64,000 bases of DNA from a virus (Duplodnaviria; Caudoviricetes): IMG/VR virus record IMGVR_UViG_3300049141_000098, positions 195,647-259,646 of that record, one strand, 5' to 3'. The position numbers were made by a program, and so were the translations under genes. Positions within the stretch are counted from its first letter, which is position 1. Each line of letters begins with the position of its first letter. Of this stretch, positions 26,164-35,849 are shown piece after piece. The notes beneath the pieces are model-generated. The model did not search any database. It saw only the letters and a program-made list of their open reading frames with translations, and was not told where the DNA came from.

Positions 26164-27410
26164 TCCTCTGCCTTTTCCTTCTCCTGCATCTTCTTCCACT
26201 TGCGGTAGCGATGAAGGGACATGTCGGGGAGATGGCCGCATTGCCGCAACGCTCGGGCCAGCCAGTTGTGATCCACCTCAAGATCCCTTGCGACCCCCTG
26301 AATCGGCTCCTCTTTATCGATAATTCGTTCAGTTAGTTCATCCAGACGATCCTCGATCTTTCTCCAACGGGGATCCGACATGTCCGGCTGTACTCGACCA
26401 TGCGAGTCCACACGTCCGGCAGTGAGATGTTCTATGGCTCCACTCCTCTCGGCGAACCGCCCATGCCGCGTGTACGACCTGGAATGAGGAGCCTTCTCCC
26501 GAGCTGGACGGGAGGTCTCTCTGAATGACACGCCTTCTCTTTTGAGCAGTGCGCGCAATTTGTCCAAACTGATATAAACGTCGCGTGCACTCAAGAAATA
26601 GAGAATAAACCCAAAATCCCTTTCCTCGTCCCGGTACATGCGAACAATTACTCCAGTCAGTCTGTCCAGCTCTCGACTGACCCACTCGCTTCGAGTAGAA
26701 ACGACATAGCCGCTCTGCTCCAACGCCTCCTTCAGTGCGTGAGTTCCGATTCCTGCGCGCCTGGCCAGGCGCGCAATGGATTCTCCCTTGCCTTCGGCGT
26801 GCCGCTTCGCGAGTGACCTCAATCGGTACTCGTTCAGCAGTGGCTCAGCCGAGGATGATGAACGCTCATCGGCGCGACGCACGAATCGATAAGGGCGAGT
26901 CGGAGGCTCGACCAGCCGAAGACCGTTGAAGAGCTGTGCGTGATAGAGATCCCTCGCCGACCTGAAGGAGAAGCCTTGTGGTGCGGCCCTCGGGATGTCG
27001 CCTGAATTCGCATGTCGAATAACCTGATGCCGGTCCAAAACCTGCTCTACAGCGCCTACCGTCACCGAGATGCCAGCCCTTTTCAAATCGGCGACGATGC
27101 GATGAACCGACTCTCCACCTTCATAGCGCTCGATCACTTCGCCTTGAGGAAGTTGCACAGCGATCCTATTAAGGGGCGTATTCCGCTCTTCCGGATCTAC
27201 GAGGAGACCTGCCCTCTTTAGGTGCTTCCTCAGAGTGACTCCTGTCGTGTCGACTTCTTTGGCGAGACTCGCCAAACTCTCGCCGCTGGCGTGCCGAATG
27301 GCCATCCTTGCAAGATCGACAAGGACCGAGTTCGGTCCTAGGCGGACGTAGTGCGCGACGAGGTCGCCCTCCATGTCGATGCCGTCCATCTCCTTCGACC
27401 GCTCCCCCAT
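26160..27410 (-). CDS. multi-helix-turn-helix DNA-binding protein
   Basis: Repeated units such as GESLASLAKEVDTTGVTLRKHL, GESIARLARRAGIGTHALKEAL, EPIQGVARDLEVDHNWLARAL. Confidence 0.75.
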   Translation of the reverse strand: MGERSKEMDGIDMEGDLVAHYVRLGPNSVLVDLARMAIRHASGESLASLAKEVDTTGVTLRKHLKRAGLLVDPEERNTPLNRIAVQLPQGEVIERYEGGESVHRIVADLKRAGISVTVGAVEQVLDRHQVIRHANSGDIPRAAPQGFSFRSARDLYHAQLFNGLRLVEPPTRPYRFVRRADERSSSSAEPLLNEYRLRSLAKRHAEGKGESIARLARRAGIGTHALKEALEQSGYVVSTRSEWVSRELDRLTGVIVRMYRDEERDFGFILYFLSARDVYISLDKLRALLKREGVSFRETSRPAREKAPHSRSYTRHGRFAERSGAIEHLTAGRVDSHGRVQPDMSDPRWRKIEDRLDELTERIIDKEEPIQGVARDLEVDHNWLARALRQCGHLPDMSLHRYRKWKKMQEKEKAEE

Positions 27411-27516
27411 GTTCACCCTCTTCCATGCGTCCCTTCCTGCTTCCATGGTATCACTTCTCCTGTGCCACTGAGGTGCTAAGCTGTGGAGCAGAACATACCC
27501 GTAGCCGGAGGTCCGC

Positions 27517-28002
27517 ATGACCGTACTGAACATCCACCTCGAACCAGAGGTGCTTGCCCACCTCTCCAGCGCGGGTTCCACCGACGTCATCAACATCTCG
27601 ATCTCCCTCGGTGCGAAGCCTGTCGAGCCCGAGCCGGTGAAGGCTAAGCTCAGCGGTCCCCTAGCGGACCTCATGGAAGCTGGCCTGCTCAAGGCTGACG
27701 AGAAGCTGGCGTTCTACCAGCGTCGCGCCAAGCGGACCGGTCGGGCCACAGTGACGGCTGACGGGCAACTCATCGTTGAAGGGCAGGCCAAGGTCTTCTC
27801 GTCACCCTCCAAGGCGGCGGCGGCCGTCACAGGGAACGTCATCAACGGATGGACGCTGTGGCGGACCCAGAACGGCGAGGGGTCGACCCTCGACGAGCTG
27901 CGTCAGAGGCTGAACGCTCAGCCGCCCGGCTGCTGCGGACATGATCCGGAGCGTCATGACGACGACGGCTCGTGTCAGAGCTGCAACTGCAACTGGAAGT
28001 AA
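27517..28002 (+). CDS. RAMA-like (modified-DNA reader) domain protein
   Basis: LADLMEAGLL...ATVTADGQLIV...FSSPSKAAAAVTG...INGWTLWR. Confidence 0.7.
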   Translation: MTVLNIHLEPEVLAHLSSAGSTDVINISISLGAKPVEPEPVKAKLSGPLADLMEAGLLKADEKLAFYQRRAKRTGRATVTADGQLIVEGQAKVFSSPSKAAAAVTGNVINGWTLWRTQNGEGSTLDELRQRLNAQPPGCCGHDPERHDDDGSCQSCNCNWK

Positions 28003-28018
28003 CGGAAAGGGGAGAGAA

Positions 28019-28231
28019 GTGGCCGACAAGAAGGTTCCATCGTTGGGTGGCAAGAAGTTCTCCATCCGGCGCAACGGATACGAAGTTGAGATGGCCTGGG
28101 TGGACGAGGCGATCCGAAAGCAGAACGGTGACGCCCTGTTCGCGCCGGAGGATGCCGTCAGCCTCGGAGAGGCGCTGATCCTCATCGGCCGCGAGGTACA
28201 GCAGGAGCAGGAAGGGAAGGGTGATGACTGA
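28019..28231 (+). CDS. hypothetical protein
   Basis: CGGAAAGGGGAGAGAA RBS before GTG. Confidence 0.65.
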   Translation: MADKKVPSLGGKKFSIRRNGYEVEMAWVDEAIRKQNGDALFAPEDAVSLGEALILIGREVQQEQEGKGDD

Positions 28232-28502
28232 GCACCCGAACGAGACGGCCCGCATGGCGAGGCGTGGACTCACCTCGCAGATGGATTACAACCGGGCGGC
28301 CGTGGCCCGCGAAGCTGAGCACATCGCGGAGTCCGCCAAGCAGATCGCCAGCAACGTAGATAGCGCTATCGCCGGAGGCCGAGTGTCGAGCCTCGCGCAG
28401 CAGGTGCAGCAGCTCCTGATCCGGGCTACTCAGCTCGGCGCCCAGACGGAAGCGCTGGAGGTTTTCGACGCCGCGCTCCCCGTGGAAGGCGACAAGAAGT
28501 GA
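28221..28502 (+). CDS. hypothetical protein
   Basis: Track ORF; coupled. Confidence 0.65.
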   Translation: MMTEHPNETARMARRGLTSQMDYNRAAVAREAEHIAESAKQIASNVDSAIAGGRVSSLAQQVQQLLIRATQLGAQTEALEVFDAALPVEGDKK

Positions 28503-28750
28503 TCAATTCGTGGTCGCAATTGATCGAAGCTCAGCTTGAGGGACCCGAGCTGCCGAGCGGGCACAATATCTGGATCGCAAGCAAGGAACTGCGGCCCCGA
28601 ATGACTCCAAAGTTCGGCCGCAGGTACGACCGTTCCCGACGTCGATTGACAGCGGAGTGGACGCAGCGAGAGCTGGTGATGCAAGAATCTCGCCAATACG
28701 TGCAGGTGGTAGCCCGCAAGCGTCGAACGAGGAAGCGGAAGAGGCGCTGA
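28499..28750 (+). CDS. basic hypothetical protein
   Basis: GTGA overlap. Confidence 0.55.
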   Translation: MINSWSQLIEAQLEGPELPSGHNIWIASKELRPRMTPKFGRRYDRSRRRLTAEWTQRELVMQESRQYVQVVARKRRTRKRKRR

Positions 28751-28791
28751 TCGCGGAGGGACTCCGTAGGCGCAAAAGGAAAGGGAGAAGG

Positions 28792-29106
28792 GTGACCAAC
28801 CAGGAAGATTTCGACGGCTGCTATCGCAAGTGCCGAGTTCAGGGCAAGCACAGCCTGGAGTACGGCCGATGCGAGCACGCCGACAAGCCGGAGCCCACGG
28901 TGTCAATGAGCAAGGCCTTCATCGGCACCGACGGACATCCGTCGATCGGCTTTGACCAGTACACCGTGCAGCAGCTCGCCGATGAGCTGATCGAGCCCGC
29001 GCTGCGCCTTGTGGGACTTCGCCTGCCCGATGGTGAATTCTCCATTCTGGCCCGAGCGGCGTCGTACGCCATCGTGCACCGGAACGATGAGGGGGAGAAC
29101 GGATGA
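28792..29106 (+). CDS. hypothetical protein
   Basis: GGAAAGGGAGAAGG RBS before GTG. Confidence 0.65.
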   Translation: MTNQEDFDGCYRKCRVQGKHSLEYGRCEHADKPEPTVSMSKAFIGTDGHPSIGFDQYTVQQLADELIEPALRLVGLRLPDGEFSILARAASYAIVHRNDEGENG

Positions 29107-29951
29107 GCCCCACCGACTCGACTCACGGTCTGTCCGTGCAACGCGCTGACGCCCTATGGGACGCTGTCGCCATCCCGGGGCCGGAGAATCCCACCTTCCC
29201 CAAGCAGCACGAGAGGGTGTGCCGGGCCGTCGCCGAGATCGTCAAGGAGGCGGAGTGGACCACGCCGCCCGAGGTGCAGGCCGCCATCCTGCGGGATGCC
29301 GCCGATCGTATCGACGAGACCAAGGACGACTTCCCCATCGCAGTGCGCAACGGAGTCACGTGGGCCACGGCGGAACTGCGCCGGTCGGCCGCCGCTCTGG
29401 TCCGAGCATCCAAGCAGCAAGAGATGGTCCTCGCCTACCGAGCCCCGGGCCTTGACGTCATCTACTGCGTGCAGTGCCGCCCTGAGGACGACCGATTCAT
29501 GGGCATGGGGTCGGATGACCTTCCCGATGGAGGCATCTGCGCCAATTGCGACACCGATGTCCTGATCCGGGTGAAGCCGTCTCCGTGCCCCCGCTGCGGC
29601 GAGGACGTCAGCGGTTACCAGCCGGACGATCTCGTGTACCGGGCTGGCGACAATCGGCCGTACTGCTCTGGAGAGTGCGTGGTGGCTGCACATCGGGTCA
29701 ACGCTTCCACGGCGGACCTCTCCGACGATGAGATCGTCGAGGCGGCGCGAGAGATCGGACTGGTCGAGCCGGAGAAGGCGCCCGGGATCATCGCCGCAGC
29801 TCGTGAATTCCTGGCTCAGTCCGGCGTCGACACCCCTGGCTGCAACTGCGGCCACAAGGGAGCCGGTCCGGCCTGGCATCTGAAGACGTGTGCGTGGACC
29901 AAGACACTGAACGTGCCTCACCCCGACGAGGTGACCGGAGGGACGCCATGA
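29103..29951 (+). CDS. mosaic Cys-rich hypothetical protein
   Basis: ATGA coupling; multiple CxxC motifs. Confidence 0.7.
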   Translation: MSPTDSTHGLSVQRADALWDAVAIPGPENPTFPKQHERVCRAVAEIVKEAEWTTPPEVQAAILRDAADRIDETKDDFPIAVRNGVTWATAELRRSAAALVRASKQQEMVLAYRAPGLDVIYCVQCRPEDDRFMGMGSDDLPDGGICANCDTDVLIRVKPSPCPRCGEDVSGYQPDDLVYRAGDNRPYCSGECVVAAHRVNASTADLSDDEIVEAAREIGLVEPEKAPGIIAAAREFLAQSGVDTPGCNCGHKGAGPAWHLKTCAWTKTLNVPHPDEVTGGTP

Positions 29952-30358
29952 CCCGGATCGGCCCTCATGACGGTGAGCAGTTCGGGTCTCCTGGTTGCAC
30001 CTGCCGACCGTTTACGGGGCAGAATGGCATGCCTCGCTATCTCGATCGACCCGGAGACACCGCTGACCTGATCAGCGGCTGGAAAACGAACACCGACTGC
30101 CCGCATCACAGCAAAACGGGTACGACGGTACCCGGCCTTCGGGGCCTCCTCGAACGGGTCGGCATCGACACCACCGGCAAGGACATCCGGGTCGGCAATC
30201 GAGTGGTCGACGCTTGGCCTCACTCCTGTACCTACCGCGCCATCCGGTGCAACCTGGCGCGCACCCGGCAGGAGCATGGGCGGCACGACTGGGAGCCGCA
30301 GCCTGGCATGACCCCGCTGCACTGCTCTGGCTGGAACCCGGAAGAGGGGGTGCTCTGA
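29948..30358 (+). CDS. hypothetical protein
   Basis: ATGA coupling. Confidence 0.65.
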   Translation: MTRIGPHDGEQFGSPGCTCRPFTGQNGMPRYLDRPGDTADLISGWKTNTDCPHHSKTGTTVPGLRGLLERVGIDTTGKDIRVGNRVVDAWPHSCTYRAIRCNLARTRQEHGRHDWEPQPGMTPLHCSGWNPEEGVL

Positions 30359-30717
30359 TGTGCAGCGACTGCGGGTTGACCGAGGCCCAGAAGGCGTACA
30401 ACACCGCCCAGTATGAGGTGTTCCAGCTCGCCGCCTACGGCCACCACAGGTTCGCCCCTTTGCCCAACAGGCGAACCGGGGAGTATTTGTCCATTTCGGA
30501 GATCGAAGCCGGGCAGCGCGACTACAACGACCGCATTCAGGCTGCCCGCGAGGCGCTGGAAGCTGCCGTGCTGCGGCTCGTCGCCGAGCATGGCGAGACG
30601 TACCAGACGCTTCCGGAACCCGTGGTGGGGTGGCTGCGGATGCTGGCCGACGATCCGGCGGAGCTGTCGCAGCTCGCCGTTCGGCCTGATGAGCGTGAGG
30701 AGATCCGCAATGACTGA
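30358..30717 (+). CDS. hypothetical protein
   Basis: TGATG coupling. Confidence 0.65.
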   Translation: MCSDCGLTEAQKAYNTAQYEVFQLAAYGHHRFAPLPNRRTGEYLSISEIEAGQRDYNDRIQAAREALEAAVLRLVAEHGETYQTLPEPVVGWLRMLADDPAELSQLAVRPDEREEIRND

Positions 30718-31144
30718 CCAGCCCGTTGCTTACCAGTACAGCGATCAGCAGCGAGCCGAGTGGGTCGCCGACATTCTCGCGGCTGCCGCCGACAAGCCAG
30801 GCCACCACACCTACGCTCTCGCACTCGCCAAGTACTGGCGTGCTGCGACGCCTTCATCTGACGCCGATCAGGATGAGCCGACTGCCGACGACATCGCGGG
30901 CATCACATGGAGGGTGGAGTGTGCACTGTCAGCCGACTTTGCCGCCATCCACCAGCCGCAGCGCTCCAAGGGCATGTATGGAGGCGAATACGCCCACGAG
31001 TACGTTCGTATGCGTGGCGCTGCACGGAGGGCCGCCCTGCTCGCAGCGAGGGAGCGTCGTCTGAAGAGGGAGAAGGCTGAGCGTTCTGCTGCCGAGTCCC
31101 TCGCCGACCTGATCACCTTCGCCTCCGACGAGGAGCAGACGTGA
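30710..31144 (+). CDS. hypothetical protein
   Basis: GAGGAG RBS. Confidence 0.65.
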   Translation: MTDQPVAYQYSDQQRAEWVADILAAAADKPGHHTYALALAKYWRAATPSSDADQDEPTADDIAGITWRVECALSADFAAIHQPQRSKGMYGGEYAHEYVRMRGAARRAALLAARERRLKREKAERSAAESLADLITFASDEEQT

Positions 31145-31713
31145 ACATCAGCGAAGCCTTGGGTGAGCGAATCGCCGCCTCTCTGCACGCCAGGATGCCT
31201 GGATGTACTCACTACGGGCACGGAAGTGACTGCAAGGAACTGGCCAGCGCCGTCATGGCCGAGGTGGGTCACCTGCAACTTGCCCAGCATCAGACCTGCA
31301 CGACGTGCGGGGCGGGCTACAAGATCGGTGCTTCGTGCGCCACGTGTGCCTTTCAGGCCCGAATGGCTGCCGAGGCGTCGACCCCCATCTCCGTCCAGGA
31401 GCGTCCGGCTGACGACTACGACCATGTCACGGGTCACCTCGTCACGTGCCTGGCTGTGACTGGAGGTGAGGCCGACCCCGACTGCCCTTGCAAGGCGGAG
31501 CATGCCTGGATCTACCGGGTTACGGCCCTGCCGGAAGGCAGGAATCCGGAGTCGCAGTACTACGCCAGCGCCAGCCAGGCCAAGTTCTGGCGAGACCAGG
31601 TCGGCTCCATCGGATACCGAATCACGGTAGGTCGCGTCCCGGCGGAAGCCTTTGAGGCCCTGCCGGAGAAAGTCCTCGACCGGCTGGCCGACGGGGAGCG
31701 GAGCGCCTCGTGA
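31141..31713 (+). CDS. hypothetical protein
   Basis: GTGA coupling. Confidence 0.65.
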   Translation: MNISEALGERIAASLHARMPGCTHYGHGSDCKELASAVMAEVGHLQLAQHQTCTTCGAGYKIGASCATCAFQARMAAEASTPISVQERPADDYDHVTGHLVTCLAVTGGEADPDCPCKAEHAWIYRVTALPEGRNPESQYYASASQAKFWRDQVGSIGYRITVGRVPAEAFEALPEKVLDRLADGERSAS

Positions 31714-32087
31714 GCACCGCACGCATCCTCATTCCTGGCGAGTATCTCGACGGCTATCTCGCCGTCGGCCGCCCTCAGGGCGTGCCAGACGCCCTGCACG
31801 CCCTTCTCACTGGCGGTGAGGCTGGCGAGGATGGCGTGCGCCGTCGAGTTGTTCTCGATGTCCCCACGGACCTCTTGCCCGCACTGGCAGAGATCGCCTA
31901 TGGCCACTTCATGTCCTGGGGCAATGAGCAGGACCGGCGCAAGCACAGCATGCCTCGCGGTGAACGCGAGACACTGGCCCGTCGGGCTCGCGCGGCGTTC
32001 GCGATCTACAACCAGGCCAGGCTTTCTGGCTTGCGTGTTCGTTCGGCCGAGCCCTCCAGGGGTGCGACAAAGGAACCGGACGTGTAG
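31710..32087 (+). CDS. hypothetical protein
   Basis: GTGA coupling. Confidence 0.65.
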   Translation: MSTARILIPGEYLDGYLAVGRPQGVPDALHALLTGGEAGEDGVRRRVVLDVPTDLLPALAEIAYGHFMSWGNEQDRRKHSMPRGERETLARRARAAFAIYNQARLSGLRVRSAEPSRGATKEPDV

Positions 32088-32185
32088 CTGACATCTGCCA
32101 GGCCGGGGACCGATCCATCCGGTCCCCGGCGCGTTGTCAGTGCATGGGTGCAAGATGGGTAACCGAAGGGAAGGGGAAGCCGGAG

Positions 32186-34018
32186 ATGACGAAGAAGAAC
32201 CCAGCCTATGAGAACGGTTGGCACACCACAGGAACCCTGAAGGTGCTGCCGAGCATCGAGCAGATCGTCCAACGGCTGGAGGGAAATCCGGACGTCGTCC
32301 TACATGCCAGGCAGTTCAGGCAGGTGGATGGCTGGTGGGCCTGCGACGCCGTGTGGATGGCTGGGGGTGCTCGCGTGCGGGGACGGCTGAGCATCAACCA
32401 TCGCTCAAACCCGAACGATTCAACAGGCTCAGCGAAGAGCACATTCGATCCGAGCACCTACGATCCGGCAGTCGACCCCTCGGATGGCTACTTCCATGTC
32501 TTCGCTGAAGCAGATCGCCCCTGGGAAGCTCACTGGCCCTCCCCGCTTCAAGTGTTCTTGGACCGAAAGCTAAAGCCAAGCTACGTCACAATGGACTACG
32601 GCAGTCATAATCCGCTCCATTTGAAGAGCACCACTAATCTGAGTGGCTTGCTCGGCACGCTTGCCGAGCTGCCCTGGCTAGCCACAGTCCTTGTTCACGA
32701 CGAAATCAATCTCAACGTTATCACGCCACCTAGCGGCGTAGGCTATGAAATGCCTCTGATTTCCAGACTTCCCTCCAGTCTGTACGGTCGCATTCTCGAT
32801 GTTCGCATTATGGGCGAAGCGACCCGCAAGAAGACCAATGTCATCCTGAAGAAGTACGGCACCCATCTGCCTCAAGGCGGTGCGGCAATTCTGTTGTCGA
32901 CGGGGCGCAGGAAAGGCATTTCGCAGGCCAATCTATCCTTCCCGATGACTGGCAAATCCTTTGCCGAGGGTGGCGACATCACGCCCCTCGCGGTGTCGCT
33001 TTCCAACCTGCTGGCAGAACAGGTGATGGAAACTGACACCGATGCGATCGACGAATTGCGCAAGGAGTGGACGCTGCTCACCGACGCGGAGAAGACTCAA
33101 GAGGAAACTCTCTTCTTGGCCTCCGCCGCCGATCGCATCAAAGAACTGGAAGAAAAGAATGAGCATCTCCTTGAACTCCTGAACACCAGCCAGGAGTTCA
33201 ATGATCATTTTCGTAACAGCGCAGACTCTCTGCTTGAAGAGCTTCAGAAGTCAGTTCTGCGGGAGTGTGATGCGATCAACGAACGAGATGAAGCCCAAAA
33301 CGAGTTGATCAATCTGAGGGACTTCATAGCTGAAAGCGACCTCGGTAAGGCTATACAGGAGCGCGACGAAGCCCTGGAAGAAGCAGAGCTTTCTGAAGAG
33401 CTACTGGATGAGCAGACACACGAGCTGACCGCCTTGCGCCAAGAGGTTGCCAGCCTTCGTCGCGAACTGGGCCGCCTCGGCAGCACCTTCACCTCCGCAC
33501 CCCCTGTGACCATCGAAGATGAAACGCCCAGCACCTGGGATGACTTCTTCACTCGCGCCAGCAGCCTGGAGTTCGTAAAGCTCGGCAAGGTGGAGAGTGA
33601 GGTCGACAAACTTCGCGGGCAGGTGCAGGAACGCATCTGGATCAATCGATCCTGGGAAGCCCTGTTGGCTCTGGAGGAGTATGCCCGGCTCAAGAAGGAG
33701 CGAGGCACTGAGGAGCTGCCCCACTTCCACGCCTACCTTCTGGACTCCAAGGCCGAACATGTCATCCCCCGCACCCGGTACTCCAGCACGGAGTCGAAGG
33801 GCGTGATGATGAACAGCCGATTCGTGGCCGCGCGCACTCTGCCGGTATCAACACAGGTCGAGCCTTCCGGGAAGATCGTAATGGAGGCTCACATCCGCAT
33901 CGGATCAGGCAAGCCACCTGCGCCGAGGATGCACTTCTATGACGACACCAGCGGCTCAACCGGGAAGATCTACGTCGGTCACCTCGGCCCACATTTGCCG
34001 AACTATCAAACGAACTGA
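32186..34018 (+). CDS. large coiled-coil protein with putative C-terminal RelE-like nuclease domain (moron)
   Basis: Visibly lower GC; own RBS and terminator; heptad-rich middle; C-terminus AHIRIG...RMHFYDD...KIYVGHLGPHL. Confidence 0.7.
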   Translation: MTKKNPAYENGWHTTGTLKVLPSIEQIVQRLEGNPDVVLHARQFRQVDGWWACDAVWMAGGARVRGRLSINHRSNPNDSTGSAKSTFDPSTYDPAVDPSDGYFHVFAEADRPWEAHWPSPLQVFLDRKLKPSYVTMDYGSHNPLHLKSTTNLSGLLGTLAELPWLATVLVHDEINLNVITPPSGVGYEMPLISRLPSSLYGRILDVRIMGEATRKKTNVILKKYGTHLPQGGAAILLSTGRRKGISQANLSFPMTGKSFAEGGDITPLAVSLSNLLAEQVMETDTDAIDELRKEWTLLTDAEKTQEETLFLASAADRIKELEEKNEHLLELLNTSQEFNDHFRNSADSLLEELQKSVLRECDAINERDEAQNELINLRDFIAESDLGKAIQERDEALEEAELSEELLDEQTHELTALRQEVASLRRELGRLGSTFTSAPPVTIEDETPSTWDDFFTRASSLEFVKLGKVESEVDKLRGQVQERIWINRSWEALLALEEYARLKKERGTEELPHFHAYLLDSKAEHVIPRTRYSSTESKGVMMNSRFVAARTLPVSTQVEPSGKIVMEAHIRIGSGKPPAPRMHFYDDTSGSTGKIYVGHLGPHLPNYQTN

Positions 34019-34022
34019 AGTT

Positions 34023-34051
34023 CTGCGGCCCCGAGCGATCTGGGGCCGCAG
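34023..34051. terminator. hairpin terminator
   Basis: CTGCGGCCCC/GGGGCCGCAG directly after the stop codon. Confidence 0.65.
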
Positions 34052-34059
34052 TGTTGCAG

Positions 34060-34311
34060 TCAGTCGATGTCTTCATGCCCAATCAGCAGCGTGCACTCCC
34101 CTAGGTCATTCAGGGGGAAGTTGCACTCGTACCCGTTCGCAGCCTGCGCACTGCACAGTCCGTTGCCGCTCGACCAGTAATCATCCTCCCGGTCGAGCGG
34201 GATCCAGTCGGGATAAGCCTCTTCGAGTTCGATCTGTTCGTACTTCTCCGGGTGGTTGGTCTGTTCGATGATCGTCGCCTGTAGCTTCAAGCCTGCGCCA
34301 GAGGTCTTCAC
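34060..34311 (-). CDS. possible small hypothetical protein
   Basis: Track ORF filling the gap. Confidence 0.45.
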   Translation of the reverse strand: MKTSGAGLKLQATIIEQTNHPEKYEQIELEEAYPDWIPLDREDDYWSSGNGLCSAQAANGYECNFPLNDLGECTLLIGHEDID

Positions 34312-34362
34312 ACGCCATAGACGACGTGATCTTGTGGATCGTTACACGGAGGGAGAAAGCCG

Positions 34363-34830
34363 GTGCCGACCGGAGACCGCAGGACTACAGAGATAGCCCG
34401 CGCCGCAGCGATGGCCTTTCCGGACGTATCAGCGAAGGCCATCGCCGAGGCGCTGGGGATGGACCCGAAGACCGTCCGGCGGCATCGCGTGAAGAAGCGT
34501 CCCTCCACCCGATGGAGGGAGCTGCCGGTGGACAGGATCGCCGAAGCCTACGACGAGGGAGCCAGCATCGGTTCGCTGGCCTCCGAGTACGGAGTGAGTC
34601 CACAAACGATCCGCAGAAGGTTGGAGAAAGCCAACGTCACGATGCGGGACGAGGCGCCGACCGCCAAGCTCGACCTGCCGATGGCTGAGATCGCTGGACG
34701 GTACTTGGCTGGCCGAAGCGCCGCGTTCCTCGCCGATGCGTACGGGTGCAGCGAGACGACGATCAAGCGACGACTGCGGGACGAGTGCGGCATCACCCTG
34801 CGTCCACCTCATCGACCCAAGTCTGGATAA
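34363..34830 (+). CDS. triple-HTH DNA-binding protein
   Basis: SAKAIAEALGMDPKTVRRH; SIGSLASEYGVSPQTIRRRL; SAAFLADAYGCSETTIKRRL. Confidence 0.8.
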   Translation: MPTGDRRTTEIARAAAMAFPDVSAKAIAEALGMDPKTVRRHRVKKRPSTRWRELPVDRIAEAYDEGASIGSLASEYGVSPQTIRRRLEKANVTMRDEAPTAKLDLPMAEIAGRYLAGRSAAFLADAYGCSETTIKRRLRDECGITLRPPHRPKSG

Positions 34831-34857
34831 CCTCTCTAGGGAAGAGAGGAGTCCGGT

Positions 34858-35835
34858 ATGGCCGACCAGCCCAAGTATCAACGCATCGCCGAGACGCTGC
34901 GGAGAGCCATCAGGTCTGGGGAGTACGCCCCCGGGGACCGACTGCCTGGGGAAAACGAGCTGGCGGCCGTCCATGCGGTAGCCAAGATGACAGCCCGGCA
35001 CGCTCTGGCCGTCCTGAAGGAAGAAGGCCTCACGGAAACCCGAAGGGGTGCCGGAGTCTTCGTTCTGCCCTCCACTGGCGACCTAGGCCATGCTAAGGTT
35101 GGAGAAGCGCTCGGGAAGCCCCCGGTCGCGATCCACAACAAAGGTCCGGGAAGCCCCCGGCCCCACACAGGAGAAGCCATGATCTTTGGCGGAGAAGCAA
35201 CGTCCGCGCAGGTTGGCACGGATCCGGTCCGTGTTCGCGTCCTGGAGCTGGAAGAAGTCCGCAACCTTGGCCCAGAAGAGCTGATCTACGTTCAGGCCCA
35301 GGACTTCAAGTCCCTCGTCCTCGTGCCCGCATATCGGAAGATGCGCGACGAGGCCTACCTCGATCGCGGGGACAACCCCAGGGTCCATGTTCGCTCCATC
35401 TTCGGCAGTGAGTTTTACGCCTCCGCCGAGAACGGCGTGTTCGAGGCCGACGACCTGGGCGAAGAGATGCCCGTCATTCGCTCGGCCGGAACGCGTGTGT
35501 CCAGTTCCGTGTTCATCTCCGGCCTAGACCCTGATGTCGCTGAAGAGCGGGTACGCAAGGCCCTTCGCGCCGAGTTCGGCCCCGGAGTCGTTGAGGTGTG
35601 GAACATGCGCTCCGGCCCCGTGCGCGACCTTCGCTGGGATGTCTACGCAATCCGCACCTCTTGGGTCTCCGAGAGCCGCAAGGGAGAGGGCTCCTTCCAG
35701 GAGGTCGAACGGAGGGTGGTCGCCCGCAACATCCGGGACGGTCATGAGCGGTACTACATGGGCAAGGAGCCGGTGGGCTGGCAGTTGGTGACCGAGCCGC
35801 ACCAGCCCGACACCACGCAAACCGAAGTGCTGTAG
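34858..35835 (+). CDS. GntR-family wHTH regulator with unrelated C-terminal region
   Basis: PKYQRIAETLRRAIRSGEYAPGDRLPGENELA...GLTETRRGAGVFV. Confidence 0.8.
   Translation: MADQPKYQRIAETLRRAIRSGEYAPGDRLPGENELAAVHAVAKMTARHALAVLKEEGLTETRRGAGVFVLPSTGDLGHAKVGEALGKPPVAIHNKGPGSPRPHTGEAMIFGGEATSAQVGTDPVRVRVLELEEVRNLGPEELIYVQAQDFKSLVLVPAYRKMRDEAYLDRGDNPRVHVRSIFGSEFYASAENGVFEADDLGEEMPVIRSAGTRVSSSVFISGLDPDVAEERVRKALRAEFGPGVVEVWNMRSGPVRDLRWDVYAIRTSWVSESRKGEGSFQEVERRVVARNIRDGHERYYMGKEPVGWQLVTEPHQPDTTQTEVL
35080..35089. promoter_or_regulatory. GRCCTAGGYC palindrome inside the GntR ORF
   Basis: GACCTAGGCC just after the HTH-coding segment. Confidence 0.5.
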
Positions 35836-35849
35836 GACGGCGAGTCGAG

